Of a DNA stretch of 64,000 nucleotides, positions 12,150-26,262 are shown piece by piece. The first letter of the stretch is position 1. The number at the start of each line of letters is the position of its first letter. Origin of the DNA: Phoronis australis (taxonomy: Eukaryota > Animalia > Phoronida); assembly GCA_002633005.1 (NCBI GenBank), contig NMRA01000196.1:289824-353823 (forward strand). Reading direction: 5' to 3'. Made by a program: the position numbers and the translations under genes. Under the pieces are notes generated by a model that ran no database searches, was not told where the DNA came from, and saw only the letters and a list, made by a program, of their open reading frames with translations.

Positions 12150-15110
12150 TCACATTATTAAGCAGGGTTGTAATTGACGCAACTAGAGCACGGATGCTCG
12201 GAAATTGCCCTCGCTGATATGATTACACTTGGCGAGGTGCCTTCTGTTGTAATGAATTTGCTGTTGGATGAAAGCTGTCAGTCGACGTGATTTTTTTAAA
12301 CTAATGATCCCCTGGAAACCTAAATGTACCATGTTTGGGAGTTATACTAAAGCGTCTATAAACCCGCGTTTCGTCCAAGTGACGAACGTTTCGTTTACAC
12401 CATTTTCCGATATAAAATTGGTATTAACTCGTTCTTTACTCAGATAAAAAATGAGGCTTTGCAAAGAACGGCTGCCAGTTAGTAATTGAGTAATTGAGGG
12501 CAAGCTCCTCGCATAAACTGACACGCCGTGACAAGCCAACTGGTAGGGCCTTACCTCAAGCGGTATCAGACTGCTTAAACAACCAGCCTAACGTACCTAA
12601 ACATAGTCAAAGAGTTCCCAACACGCATTTTTCAAATTTTTGAGGTTTTAGCTAGCTAATAAAAATCTTACTAAAGAAAAAAAGACATTGTACTCGTGAT
12701 TTTTTTAAATTTTTAGAAAAATTGGTTATAATCAAGTTTCCCGTCAAATGATGTAGTGGTGTGATCAATTGGCAAGCATTTGTAATAGCGGAACATCGCA
12801 GATGAGAAGGTGAGGACGATTTTGAGCGAGAACTGGAAAGTAATCATGCAAAAGCTGCCACAGTCAAGCCTCATCACTAATTGCCATGATGCAATGAGCA
12901 CGGTCTAAACACAGTGCTTAAACCTACGTGTCGTAGTACTCGATCAGGGCCGGGGAAGCAGTAATTTGCAAATACACTTACAAGGTGGCGAGTCCTTCAT
13001 CGTAACACTGCTTTTTTGTTTGATCGAAACACGATTCTTTGAAATGTGCCTAACAAAGGGTGGCTTCCGACCGAAAAGCATGTTCCACACTGGCATTCCA
13101 AAATCACGTTCGGCGCACAAACCTATGCCATTTCTGTGCAACTTACACGTCTCTAGGAAATGTGAACACACTTTTTCATGTCTATAAAAACCGGCGAGTC
13201 TCCACGGACTTGCCACACAAAAAGTGACACAACTCTTCAATATCGCACTGATAAAAACAACAATGGCGGAGACAGTCTTCCACCCATTACGTACAACCCC
13301 AATAACAGATTTTTTTTAAAAAAATGGCTTGTTTCTTAGCAACAGGTAAGGTAAAGGTTATTAAATATCGATGCATTAATAATATTCTTTTTGAGACACA
13401 GGGTAATGGTGGGAAAACTGGTAACCAACCGCAGTAAATTGCCAGTATTCCCACTGGATCGGACTATAGCGAAATTGGCCAAACGAGACGCTTGTTCAAG
13501 TTGCATTGTCTTTAGTGTTCAGAGGTTCCACTGGGTTTTTGAAACGCCGGTTAAATTCCGGTTCCCGAAGATAATCGTCCGCCATTTAAACCAAAGAGGA
13601 CTAAAAACTGAACCCGGCAACGCCGTATGACCAACGTCACATGGTGCACACTAAACTGTGCATGGATTTCTGCTTTTTCTATTCATTTTTCGAACCTTTC
13701 ACTCGCAATTTCGAGTCCACAGGGTGTAACGGTAGTCGCCAATGTAGGTGGTCGCCGGGGACATCATGTTGTTGGCGTCCACCGCAGTGCTCTAGAAATG
13801 ACGCAATACCACGCAACAAATATATCATTCAAAATTGAAACATTTTTCTTTTAGTTTTAAATGCCAAATCCCTGCCTTGTTCACATCGGAAGTCGACGTA
13901 ATTGGTGTTCTCTACATGCGACAGTAGAACACGCATGCATTCAGTGCCAAAGAAGCAAACCCGAATCACCCAATAATGGAATTCTAAATTAAGTCGAAGT
14001 GTTTCGAGGCTTTTTTATTTTTTGCAGAGCTATATCAAGTTATTGAATATTATTCTATGTTAGACACAAGATTTTTTCCGTGCAAAATTTGCACTGCATC
14101 ATTCTCGCGCATTAATACGTCTTCTACCTGGGCATACAAAAGTCGCGGAAGTTATTTTAACAGGAAGATTTTCAGTTTGTCATGGTGACAAAAATTGAAC
14201 AGCGCAAATATGTAGACGGAATTAGCGCTAATATTTAGCTAGTTTGCATCTCCAACGACATTTGTATCGCAGGTGAGTAGGTATTTTTCAACGTGTGTTC
14301 TCCTATTTCAAATTGCAAACTTAGCTACTCGAACACACGTATCACTTTGAGAGTGCCTATTTAATTCAAACGTCGGCAACTAGACTTCGAATCGGTGTAC
14401 TTCAGTTGCTCAAATATTTTGCCCAATCTAAGGTCCGACGCAGATAAAAAACTCCGGTAAACTGATCGCGGTCACGTCAAATCGAGGAGAACATTTCACT
14501 GCCGTTGACATTTTTTCGGTGGATTACGTTTTCCAGCTGACTTACGCCGCCAGCCTAGTAAATTTAATACAGGTTGCTAAAAATCCTATCTTCTGAAGGT
14601 AGTAAATTTGATACCGTAGTAAAGTTAGTAGCTAGTAAGAGGCTTTTCCCACGTAAGTTAGACCGCTTGCGGTCAGTAAAGAATGTTAGGCCGAGGGAAT
14701 AAGGACTCAGTGGGAAAGCATCTTGAGCTTCAAACACTAATAATTTTTTGAAGCCCTGAAATAACCTTTATTTAATTTTACTCTTGAACAATTTGAGGAC
14801 CGATGTCTTAAAATATTAAGTATCTAAATCAAGAGTTGACGCGATGGAGGACGGGTTTTTCTTCGTAACTTTAAGTTAACTGAAGTTAACTGTCACGATA
14901 ATCGTGACCTGCATGTATACGTTTGTTTCCTTCGTTAATGTTACAAACCGGTGTTTCGTGTAGGTTCCGTTGACAAGCTGTCTTTTTCAATTGTAAGCAT
15001 ACTTCGTCAGGTAATTATCGATGAGACGCATGAGATCCGTTCCTAGCAACTGGTGGTTGTTGTCAAGTGGCACTGGTTTATGGCGGTGGTATGCCTAACA
15101 ATGCACATTG

Positions 15111-15190
15111 GTCAAAGCAACTATATATGTAAGCAAGTCAAAGCAACTATTCCTAAGCACATCAAAGCAACTATAGGTATGCACGTCAAA
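15111..15190. repeat. About 25-bp tandem repeat x3 (core TCAAAGCAACTAT)
   Basis: Three copies of tcaaagcaactat in succession. Confidence 0.8.
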
Positions 15191-16072
15191 AATTTGAATT
15201 GCATTAGCTGGTAATAAAGTAAGAGAATTAAGAATACGTCGGATTTTTCTTAAATAACTTGAAGCGTGATTTTTTCATATTGACTTTTTGTTGCTAAGGC
15301 AACCTAATATACTGAAACAATTTTTGACACATCATATGGCATGATCTCAAAAAATGATTCAAAAAAGATAAGTTACTCCACGATTCCACACTCTCAGTGT
15401 CACAACACTGGGTCATTTTGCGTTCCCATCAATAGCATGGCAAATGTGACAACATTTTAAACGTATCAAAATCATATTGACCTGATATGTCGATACATTG
15501 GACCTATTCGGCACTAAAGGTGAAAATAGGCATTGAAACGATTGTCGTATTATCAGTCACCATGTCAACAGCCCGCAAACATCCCAGTTTCTATCAACCC
15601 CGTCATTGACACTTTTGTCTTTTGCCACAGTTGCATTCTCGTCATTTCCGTAGCTTGTAAGGAAAAAAGCGGTGTCGTTGTCCCCCTCCACCCGGTCGCA
15701 AGCTACCTTGCATAACATAGTAGGTAAACTCAAAGCGTGCATTGAAAGCGAAGAACTTTAGCGTCATCAAACATATCAAACTCGAATTGAACTTCGAATA
15801 TTAACCAGCGAACGTCGACAAATTACGACCGTGTGAACATGTTTATCTGCAGAAAAACACGTCGAATACAATTGCACGGAAATCAGGAAATCAAGTCCTT
15901 CGAAAGAACTTATTCACTCAAAGATTCCATTTTTATTCTTTTATAACACAGCCATTTTTACTTTTCAATACAAGCGGTGTACTCGTGAACTAAAGCAATC
16001 AGTTAGCTAATTGGCTCACTTCATGACGTAATTAGGTAAAAAACTGAGAGCACAAAATGTCTGATTCATCGG

Positions 16073-16336
16073 TGTAAGAGAAAGGTAAAAAGAGGCGAAA
16101 TATAACCGGTAAGACAGTTAACGGTTCCTTAAATATGTCAAGGGAATTCAAATTGGTTCTTTGTAAGAGAAAGTAAAAAAGAGGCGAACTATAACCGGTA
16201 AGACAGTTAACGTTTCCTTAAATATGTCAAGGAAATTCAAATTGGTTCGTTGTAAGAGAAAGATAAAAAGAGGCGAAATATAACAGGTAAGACAGTTCAC
16301 GGTTCCTTAAATATGTCAAGGGAATTCAAATTGGTT
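16073..16336. repeat. 89-bp tandem repeat x3
   Basis: Units start at 16073, 16162 and 16251 (TGTAAGAGAAAG...GGAATTCAAATTGGTT), with few substitutions. Confidence 0.95.
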
Positions 16337-19300
16337 AGTACTAACACATACTAATACACTCAACAAGTCTTTTTCTTCCATTCTTTTGATTTAAGTTATT
16401 TCACAACTTTGTGAAATGCCTTTCGATGGCCCTTCGGCTCTTTTTCATTGCTGAGTATTGGCTACCCATAACAGCGTTTTGACAATTTGTGCTTCGAAAG
16501 TGCGCAAACTCTCGAATTTTGAGGTTGACGACAGTTCATTCTAATACGAATTGTCGCAGTGAACGGCTACGACAAACTGATTTGTGCAACAAAGGTCAGC
16601 ACAAACAGTAACAATGTGAGTACATGTATTGCGACAACCTTTGCAACCCAACAAACCAGAAACTACCGCAACGAAAATTTACGATAATAGGTTAATATCG
16701 ATACAATGAGAGACGGAGTTGTTACAATGTACTGAATCCGCCAACCCAGTTGAAAGACACTTGACCTGTTTAGAAATATGTAACTGAAGAAGTAAGAATT
16801 TGAAAAATTACGGAGTATCAAGTGATGAACATTATGATTCATCCAGGTTCATGCATACTGCTAAGGCAAAGGTATTTCATTCACTACCCAACAGAGGTCG
16901 CGCCTGTACACATTCAAAGCTGGTGAGCTAAAACTTTGGCTTTAACCACACCCTGATAACAGGTTTTAACATAAGAAATGGTCGATAATACTATTGTAAA
17001 CACAAACTTCAATCTGTCAGATCAAATGCCCAAGAGCTCTCCCTAGCATATCTATCCAATTAATATAATTAATTTAGCAGTAACAGGAGACAGAAGTCAT
17101 TGATTACGAAAGTTGTGGAATGCTCGAACCCAAACTGTTTTTTGTATACATGCTTGTGTGTAGAGTAGATTTTATTGCACTGGGAAGATAGAGGGCACAA
17201 ACAGAACACAACAATCTCTAGATCTCAGTCGCCAGTCAATTCGAAGCTTGATGTCGGGAAATTAACTGAAAAACTCCGAGTCCACGCAGCGTCCAATTTG
17301 GGAAATACACGAAGCTCGCCCCGACTGACGCACATGCATGTCTGTTTTGCATGGTATCCCTCATTCCTTGGAAATATTGAAAAGAGGGGAAAACTAGTGT
17401 TGTTGGCTTCCCGTCAGCACACAAATAGGCTACATGTGGTTCTCCAACAATCACTGACGGCACAGGAGGCGCTCCTAGTGCTTTAATGAGCTTTTTTGGA
17501 CAGTGGGTGTTATTTTCCAAAAATCTGCTGTGACGCTCGACTTAATTCTATCAAAACAAGGTTTGAGTTTGGGTACCTACCGTTACAACATTTGTTTCAT
17601 GTTGTTCATTACCCAAATTAGAAAAAATGTTTGTGTGGATACAGAAGACCTCAGTGACATTTCGTCATTGTTTCATACATGTAGCAGGCTATGAAGATGT
17701 TTGCCACGTAGAGTTAATTTCAGCTGCTGAAGCAGTGTACCCTTTAGAACACTTTTTGTCCATCGATTTAATGCACTTCAAAGAAAGCACAAGGCCTCGG
17801 TGGGATTGCAAGCAAGACTGGGAATACTGGCAGTTTCTTGTATGGGATCGTAGTTCACAGCACGTTTAAAAAACAGTAAAAGCCACAACCAATCTCGGTG
17901 AGTGAGCGATCAGGAAACAGAATTCATAATGTTCAAATATAATGTAAAGTTGGTTTAGACTGTACCAAAAACAAGTGCTGTGTTCGAACTGACTGTTATA
18001 CTAATTGTCCTCTGATCTAACACAAAACAACTCAGCACTTCAATAGTCTTTAAAGATACCCCTTCCGCTTCATCTCAATTAAAATTTTCATAGAAAGGAT
18101 TTCACACACGTTAGCTTAGTCGAAAATAAACTCAATTAATGGTCGTTCAACACAACACCAAATATTTTCAAACTTAACTGAATTAAACATGAATATCACT
18201 CTTCTATCCGTTAATTCGCTAATCATATACATGTATTCACCGTATCTATCCACCCAAAATTAGTTCCTATTCACCGGCGTGGACTATTCAAGTTCGACCC
18301 ACAAGATGCCCACTTTCAGTTTGTGTTCTAATGACCTACATGTAATGACACCGTAAGATTCTTCTCAACCATCTCTCCAACGTGTGACAGAATGCTTACT
18401 GGAAAACAGCGTGAATGATTAAAAGCATATTTGTTCTGTCGACCTTGTTTAAATTAGTAATGACTGCACGACGCGATAGAGATAACGAATCAGTTAAATT
18501 CTAATCTAAGCATAACATCTTATTTTCAAAAGAAGGGCATTGAATCATTAGTTCATACTTTAGTCTGCCGACGGTAACTTTCTGGGCATTTGCTACTTTC
18601 GTTTGTTGAACACCATGCTCTAGAGCCGTTTAAGCATTGCTACAAAATAACGTTTAGAAAATGTTGAGCCTTAACACTGCTGTTTTGTTTCTGTATCGAT
18701 GCTGACAAATCAGGTTGTTTACTCCGTGAAGAAACTATAAAACGTATTCGCTACCTGTATTGTATTCTCTCAACCAATTCAACAATCACCAATCAACTTT
18801 TATAGATAAAAAACACTATATCTAGCTGTCAACACATGTCATCTCAAAAACCATAAAAATTAGTCGTAAGCATCGCTATCGCCATCATTGTAATCATTAT
18901 CATTATCGTTATCCATAATGACACCCTCCCCCCTCTTCTTGCCGCTGCTTACATTTTACGCGTGCCTAATATATTTACAACCAGACCTGTCTCAAACACC
19001 TTGTTGACCTAGATGCTGATAACAATTTTGTCCAATCATTTAGTACCAGACAACACACTACACTACACCATAGGTAGAAATACTCTGCTTTCAGCAGAGA
19101 TCTGCAAATAACGTGAACATCAGAAATGATTTTTTTACCAGACGCAAAAGCTGGTTAAAGCGTTCCGTTGACCAAGTTTCGTGCGTGAAAAACGGGATCC
19201 CGCAAAACCACGCAAAATCACGCTTATATCAGTGTTGTGCGAGCAGGCTCGAGACCTTAATGAGGTGACTAAGTGAAATAGTGGGCACTGAAGGTTGATT

Positions 19301-19771
19301 AAATTATATTGGGATAGACTTCATTGTTTCTTTTCCACGGATAAAAAAATGTCGCCACAAATGCATGACTAACGTCTTGGGTCTACGAAACGCAGCAATG
19401 GGGTCCGTTCAGTGAAAAGTCTGAAATTTTGCCTTACGCTCCCCGTAACTATTTCCGAAAATAATTTAATCTCACTTCGACTAATGTAAAAGGTCTCTGA
19501 AAAATTACAGACAATTGCCCGTTTCCCAGAATATTTTATCAATTCTTTATAAAGGACAATGTGCTAACAAGTACATGACATTCACTAATTTGCTTATCTT
19601 ACTAACGAACTTTGAACACCATTGTGCACTGTTTTCAATCTACTGAATCTACAGTATAAGTGATAGTCAAAACCTATAACTGACTTTGAAGACAACAGCA
19701 CCTTGCAGGGGTCTTGCAGGAGAATCTCCTCCGAACACTAAAAATTATTCCCACCAATGTTTGCGCATATC

Positions 19772-19920
19772 AAAATGGCGGCGATGAACAGAGAGATCCC
19801 TGGTCGCTGTAAGAAGACAGATCTGTCGGCTGATTGGATGATAGCAGCAGAGATCAGATCTCCGAGGAGCGTTCATTTTTTCGTGAGGCGAATCAGGCAC
19901 TCGACCTGCCTTCTATAAAT
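19772..19920 (+). promoter_or_regulatory. Cluster of promoter-like motifs (YY1-type, CCAAT, TATA)
   Basis: AAAATGGCGGC 19772-19782, TGATTGG 19831-19837, TATAAAT 19914-19920; no linked ORF found. Confidence 0.25.
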
Positions 19921-22362
19921 TTGAAAGGATCTGACTTCTCTGGGTGTCGCCATTTGTAACGTGTGAAGAAAGCACACTTCAGCTCACTAAAAACTCATTA
20001 CTAAGCCACCTGACTGAACTAATTGTACTATAGACTCAAAGGCGCTGGAAGCGTGAGATAAAACGATTCGATTTTTTAATTAATTAAATGTGACGAGTGA
20101 CTAGTGGTATGGGTGCGTTTTTCAAATCGAGCAGCAGCCCGCACGACATCAAAGGTTCGTAAGAATAAAACTAATTAAGAAATTATAAAGAAGAGACGAG
20201 GTTCCTTGTTAAATGTAGCGGACAGACGTTTCCGACAGCTTCCTTTGTCGATAGCGTAGTAACACCGAGCCGTTGAAAAAGGACACTGTCCCAAACATCT
20301 CGCCATTTTCTAAGTCTATCTAGTATTGCTTTATTTTGTGTAATCCTGGTAACCTCATTTTTTCCTTTTTATTGATGGTAGCAACAAGAAAGCTTGTCTT
20401 AAATCCCATTTAACCAGTGCTTTCTGTCAAAAAAGTTTTGATTCTGGGCACTCACTGGGAGACCCGAATTTTTATGAGCTTGGTCTTAAGAGATAGCGGA
20501 TTAGCGGGTTAAAATTACTTCTTTAAACTGTGTAAGATCCTAGCAAAAATCTATAATAAATTTAGATAACTTTGGAGAATCACGTCTCGAAATGGCCAAT
20601 CGGATTCATATGAAGGTTTTAGATACTACAGTGTATACTTTATGTACTTTTCTCCAAAACGATATTAGGAATTGTTTAAAATGTTCCGTTTTGAGTTTGA
20701 ATAGCATTATTTGAAAAAATGAAGAGTTGCTTAAACGAAAACGAAATGAAAACGTAGAAATCTTTGGCAAAGGGGTTTGTAGAGCTAATCTTGAACATAT
20801 ATGAATCGAAATTTGGTCGTGTTATTGATACCGTTGTTTTGCTATGACCTTTATTGTTTCCTAAATTTTGTTAAAAAAAGGAAATGGTTACACGATCCAA
20901 TCAGCGGCAGATTGGTACGAAGTATAAAATCAAGTTGTACGGCTTTCTCCTTTTACAAAATATGAACTTCTCTCGGTTTGAATTTGTTAATCATGTAGAT
21001 ATTTGCAGTAGACTTGACGATAAGATCCTGCATGTACATAATTTTGCATTGACGCCAGTCTTCAACTGTTTCAGTTGTTGGTAATAGCGTAGTCTTTTTA
21101 TCATAACGTAACATTTTATTGCAACTCATTCGATTAAAACCAACTTGTCCTGTGTCAATTGCAAGTTCATTGAAAATCGACCGTTTGGAATTCTGATGCG
21201 TTTTTGGTCATCAACTACTTTGTACATTTTCAATACTGCATTAAAGCAATATCAACGTCTTCAACGACGCCAAATAGCATAACGAGATATTTCTTCGCAG
21301 TCTTACTTTATGCATCATCCCTATTGATGCACTTCAAAGACATGAGGATATTTTTAAAAATTATAATTACATGTATGTATATCCTCTCCCGGGGCCATAT
21401 AAATCAGTATTCTTCTCCGCTGACTACTTTACTAGCTGATTCGTTTCCAAGTAAATTTTTCATCGTTTCAAAGAAATTTAATCTTGCATCATAAACAAAT
21501 CAATTTCGTCTGAGCATTTTTTCATCGAAAAGTTTCGCCCAAACGTCTGAACCTTTGGCGCCAAATGTGGTTTTGTCAACACTGTACGTGCATAATATAG
21601 GTCGTACTAAATGAAACTTGACGTTTCGTTGGTGATTCGATTCGACTACTACAGTTCTTATCAGTTTGGTTTTCGAGTCTTCGAATCTTAAGTTACATGC
21701 CAGTCTAATTCTAGACTGGCTACCCGCAGTGTCAAGGCAACTGCGTGTTATTCTTCCGAAACCAAACGCAGCTTTTTACGGCCACATGAAGTTACCTTGG
21801 CGCGCCAGGTCGCGCGGTCGCTGTTGGCAACAGGAAAACTGCCTTGTAGCGTCAAAATAGCAGCTAATGCAATCACTGGTTTATTTGTTCACGTGTGGGT
21901 TTGACTTCTGTAGGAATGCAGTTTGCATCAAGTACCTGGGCGAATTTATTTACGCAGAACGCCAGACAGCCGAAGTGTCCGTTGCTGTTGAATAAAATTT
22001 GGGGTCAAGCGAAAAATTAATGTTCTCCGTGCCAACAACTAATCTGCAATCCGTTTCGCGGCTTCAATCACGTACCGAAGTACATTGTTCAGTGAGAATG
22101 CCACGTGTCTTTGTTCAATTCTAGCGTGATGAGGTGCAACATCTACCATACAACATTAAAAAATTCTCAAATAAAGTTTTACTGTTTTGTGTAACATTCG
22201 TAATAGAAACTTTGAAAGGTGTTCCCATCGTTTTTCTCAGTACAGTTGTTATTTCGGGCTGTACATGGTCAGGATTTAATAAGAAATACCTATTGCTGCC
22301 TATTGGAGGTTTTTCAAACGTCGTCACCACAGCGTACATGTACTAGAAATCAGGCATACACT

Positions 22363-23237
22363 GTAGGTGTAGGAAGCGTTGGGGTCAAGGGGGCAATCCC
22401 CACTACATATTGGGAAAGTTGGGGACAACGAGGTGGAACCGTGCCTTCAAATAGTTTGCACAAGAGAGGGTGGAACTTTTGAAGTGACCGACATAGGAGC
22501 AGGGGGCAAGGGCATTCCATAAAATAAAGATGATGGGGAGAAAGATTTAGAGAGCATTTGTCAACTACATGTATCAGTGCTAGATTTACAATTTGAGGCC
22601 CTCGCGAGGACATTTGTGTTGGGGGGAATAAGATTTTTAAACTTCTGCACTATGTTGTTCGCTTAGATTTTCCCGAACAGATTGGTTCAGATGTTTAAAT
22701 TCAAGAAGACTTTTTGTCACGGATTTCCGTGATAATGTATTGTTTTTGTCCATCTTCCGCTTATCTTTCTGTTACTTTGTTTTTTAAATTGAATATCGTT
22801 TAACAAAATCAGAGCTGGTGGCAGTCCTGGTCACTCATTTCCCTTTTCCATATTTATATTCTTTTTATTAAGGTACATGTTCCATACAAGGCGGGGACCC
22901 CAATGATGGAATCGATTGCTTCTCTTCTCGAGCATTAACCGGTATAGAAAGAAAGAAGAACCTTAGGACCACATGGGATAAAGCTTGGCGAAGTCGAATT
23001 AGTTTGCGCCCCCTCCCGAATGTTTACCGTTTTACGGCCTTGCCAGCCTGCTCAATCGGACAAAGGAGAACTTAGGTAAAACCTGTGTTGGTGTGTAAGT
23101 GGATCCCACGGGAAGGATGCTGGTGGAGGTAAAACGGCTGTCGACCTCTGGACGGGTGGTGGCATAGTCAAAACTTGAAGTCACCCCCCCCCCCCCCCCC
23201 NCCGCCCTCCACTAAAGTAATTCTTCCTACGCCCATG
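22363..23237. mobile_element. Degenerate non-autonomous DNA transposon with G/C-rich subterminal tracts
   Basis: Left GGTGTAGGAAG plus G-runs; right C-run (with an N at 23201) plus CTTCCTACGCCCATG, an inverted match. Confidence 0.45.
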
Positions 23238-26237
23238 CCTATGTCTCTGGGGAGCGAGAATCAGCTGACAGATTAGCGTCAAGCTCAACTCTAAATCAGC
23301 TCAGAGCAAATGAAGCGTTCTCGGTCGGGCACCCACGGATTACTGCTTTGAAGTACACTACACTTCAACTTCCCACACGCAGGCAGACCAGCCGTTGAGT
23401 CACTGATCCTAATCCCACAAGTCTGAAGTGCATGTATACATGTATACAAGGCGAAGTCTGCATTCGGTTAAATAGTTAGCAGTGGACGGGTGATGATAAT
23501 TGTCACACACGAGTTCATTTGAGAGTCAAGAAACACGTCCAAGTAAACTTACTTGAAAACTGACAAATCAGTGAAAGATTTTAGTCTATGCAAAAAACAC
23601 ACCACACTTGGCGAATGAAATTAGGCATTTAATACACCGCTGAAAGCTTCGTGTCAAATCATTTCCATCGTTTCTTTGTTAATGTTTGTAAGTGGAAATC
23701 ATAAATAATGCTAATAAATAAATGGTCACCTTTTCCTGAAAATTAGATCATCGAACAACATCTGCGGTAAATTAGAACGCGGCGGCTTAGAGAAAAAATA
23801 TGTTACCTTTCTACATTTGGGCGGGGTATGGGCAAAAGGCGATATGGAATTGGTTCATTAGGAAGAATTCGAAGGCAGGGTAAATTACCAGGGAGCAGTA
23901 TGAAAACACGTGGTACCACCAGTCTGTTTTACACCATATTATCAGCACCGCTTCCCAACATTTCACAACAAAGTGGACTTCGAAATGGTTCGGGACTCTG
24001 TGCACGCATTAGGAACAATCACAGAGAACACGTGATGCTCTCGTTAACATATAATAAACATCGAAAACATTCACTAGACACCGAGTGATTTTCGCGCCTG
24101 TATCTGTGATTAAATGATAGTTGCGAGAGAACGATTCTCGTATTGAAGTGTTGCGGAATCAATATTAAACTATAGTTGGACGCCGACTCTCCTTCAAATT
24201 GAAATTTTACGTAATAAAGAAATTCAATTCTGGAGTTCAATGGACCTAAAATTACCTTAACAACTACATTCTGAAAACGTGAATAACCCTAGGTGTGCAA
24301 ACCTTGTGGAACGAATTTTGCAGAATTTCAAAGATAGTAGTGAAGTAAACTCTTTGATTCACAGCCACTGGTTGTTAACTTAATATTCTTGTTTAAGACA
24401 AGGCAAAGGGCACTTTTAAGGATGCTTTTAAAACTTTGCAACAGTAGTGATCATATCGAGCATTCGTACGTTCAGCAACCTTACCTCTACTACGACCAAC
24501 TTGGATAATGCGGTTTCCAGAAAGCGTCAACACTCACGCGTTTGTTTGGCATGAAAGGTCCACACTGGTTCAAGAACGTCTCTCTTCGACACCGTCGGAA
24601 AACCAGTTGCACATCCAATTAATGTTTGCTAACCAAGGCATTAAAGATTTTAACTTAATTAATGATGTACAAAATTAAGTGAAGTCTACCGAGACAAGGA
24701 GGAGACGCATACAGAAACCGCCAGAGCGCAAGTTTCTAACAATAGATCCTTTCACGGACCTTTGCGTATCGCCTTCCGAGGATAAACAATCGCAGCCCAC
24801 AAATATCTTGTTTTGTTTAGCACAGTCTGGTGTTGATCAGTAGCTCATATGCACTTGCTGCGAGACAGCGAATGGCAAAAGCTCACTACTCGATCGAATT
24901 TAAACCTTGTTAAGTCTCACCCTGCCTTCTGTTTTGGTTTGACGTGATCGATTGGTGAGGTGAAGCCACGTTTTGGTGGGAGATTTTGCTTCTTTATTTT
25001 TAGATAACTTGTGTTTTGTTTTTACATGCAAGCGATCTTTCAAAAGCGATTCCACCTAAGCGCCTATACACGTTTCGAATTGAGAACTGTAGGGCAAAAC
25101 ACATTATGCAATCAAACTGCCCAGCACAGATAATAATAACGGAATTACTATTATTTTGACTATCGAAAATCGGGTTATAATGCATTAATTCGTCAACTAA
25201 GCGAGTCCTCATTACATGTACATTGTTTTGTATGCGATTGTAAACCATTTGACTCTGATGCTCGGTAATAGCATGCTAATGGGAGACAAATAAAGGTGAA
25301 TACCCTTCACGTTTTTACGCGTCAATTATTCAATTCATTAAGCTGATTAAACGCCATCTGACAAGTTGTGTTCAAAAACTCTCGAAACAACCTTCATCGA
25401 GTGCGTAGCGAATGGGGTCAGGTTATTGGTGCTGTTTTTCATGGCCATTTAATTTAACATCCCACTCCATCAATCAGGTTTGGAACACTGGCTGTAATTG
25501 CTCGTTTAAAGAAATGTCAAAAATTAGAAACAGACAACTTATGTATTCGCGTGTTTTTTGTTTTTTTTTTCATTTCCGTTTTAACCAGCTGGGCCTTTGT
25601 GCCATGTTAAAAGAAACTTTGAAAGAGTGTTATACTGAACTTGTTTGCTTCAGTGTTTGTTTTATGGATATTTTAATCCAGAGAAACAGATGGTCCAGAA
25701 GCCTGGCAGTCACTTCATCAGCGAATCAAGACGATGTTAAAATCCTGAATTGTTAAAAATGCAGACACGATTTGGCATACTGATACCTAAAATGAACAAA
25801 GGGGCTCATGATAACCACATGAAATGATATATGTGGGATTTATTTTTCCGTTTTCTTTTTTTATTTTGCTACAGGTTAATGGATCCCAATAAACTTCGGT
25901 TTGACTATAAGCGAATTTGACGAATGGTGGGACGTATGCTGTGTAATTGATGCTTATAAAGTCGATCTTGAGAGACAAGATCAAATCACGACAAACAGAA
26001 ATATGTTGCCAGTTCACACAGGACTTGTCAGTGTGACAGCTGATGTCTTAACGCTTTAACACAATTAACCGTTCACTCAAAGAAATAATCAACGAAGCAC
26101 AGACTTCATCCGGAACCAATCGATTAGATTTCCCGCGTAATCTCCTGTCAATCAGACATTATTCACTGAAACGTTCAAAAGATGGCGTTGAAAACAAAAA
26201 AGGAAGGTTTACCAGTATACGCGTATATCCGTACAGG

Positions 26238-26262
26238 CATACACACACACACACACACACAT
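26238..26262. repeat. (CA)n microsatellite
   Basis: acacacacacacacacacac. Confidence 0.9.

Noticed and set aside
16073-16336. CRISPR-like array
   Set aside because: Whole units repeat with no unique spacers; eukaryotic context and no cas genes.
21200-21540. Possible minus-strand integrase/transposase N-terminal relic
   Set aside because: Only a few suggestive residues between stops; not supportable without a search.
23184-23207. Poly-C tract as a G-quadruplex or regulatory element
   Set aside because: Part of a MITE subterminal region and contains an N, so its length is unreliable.
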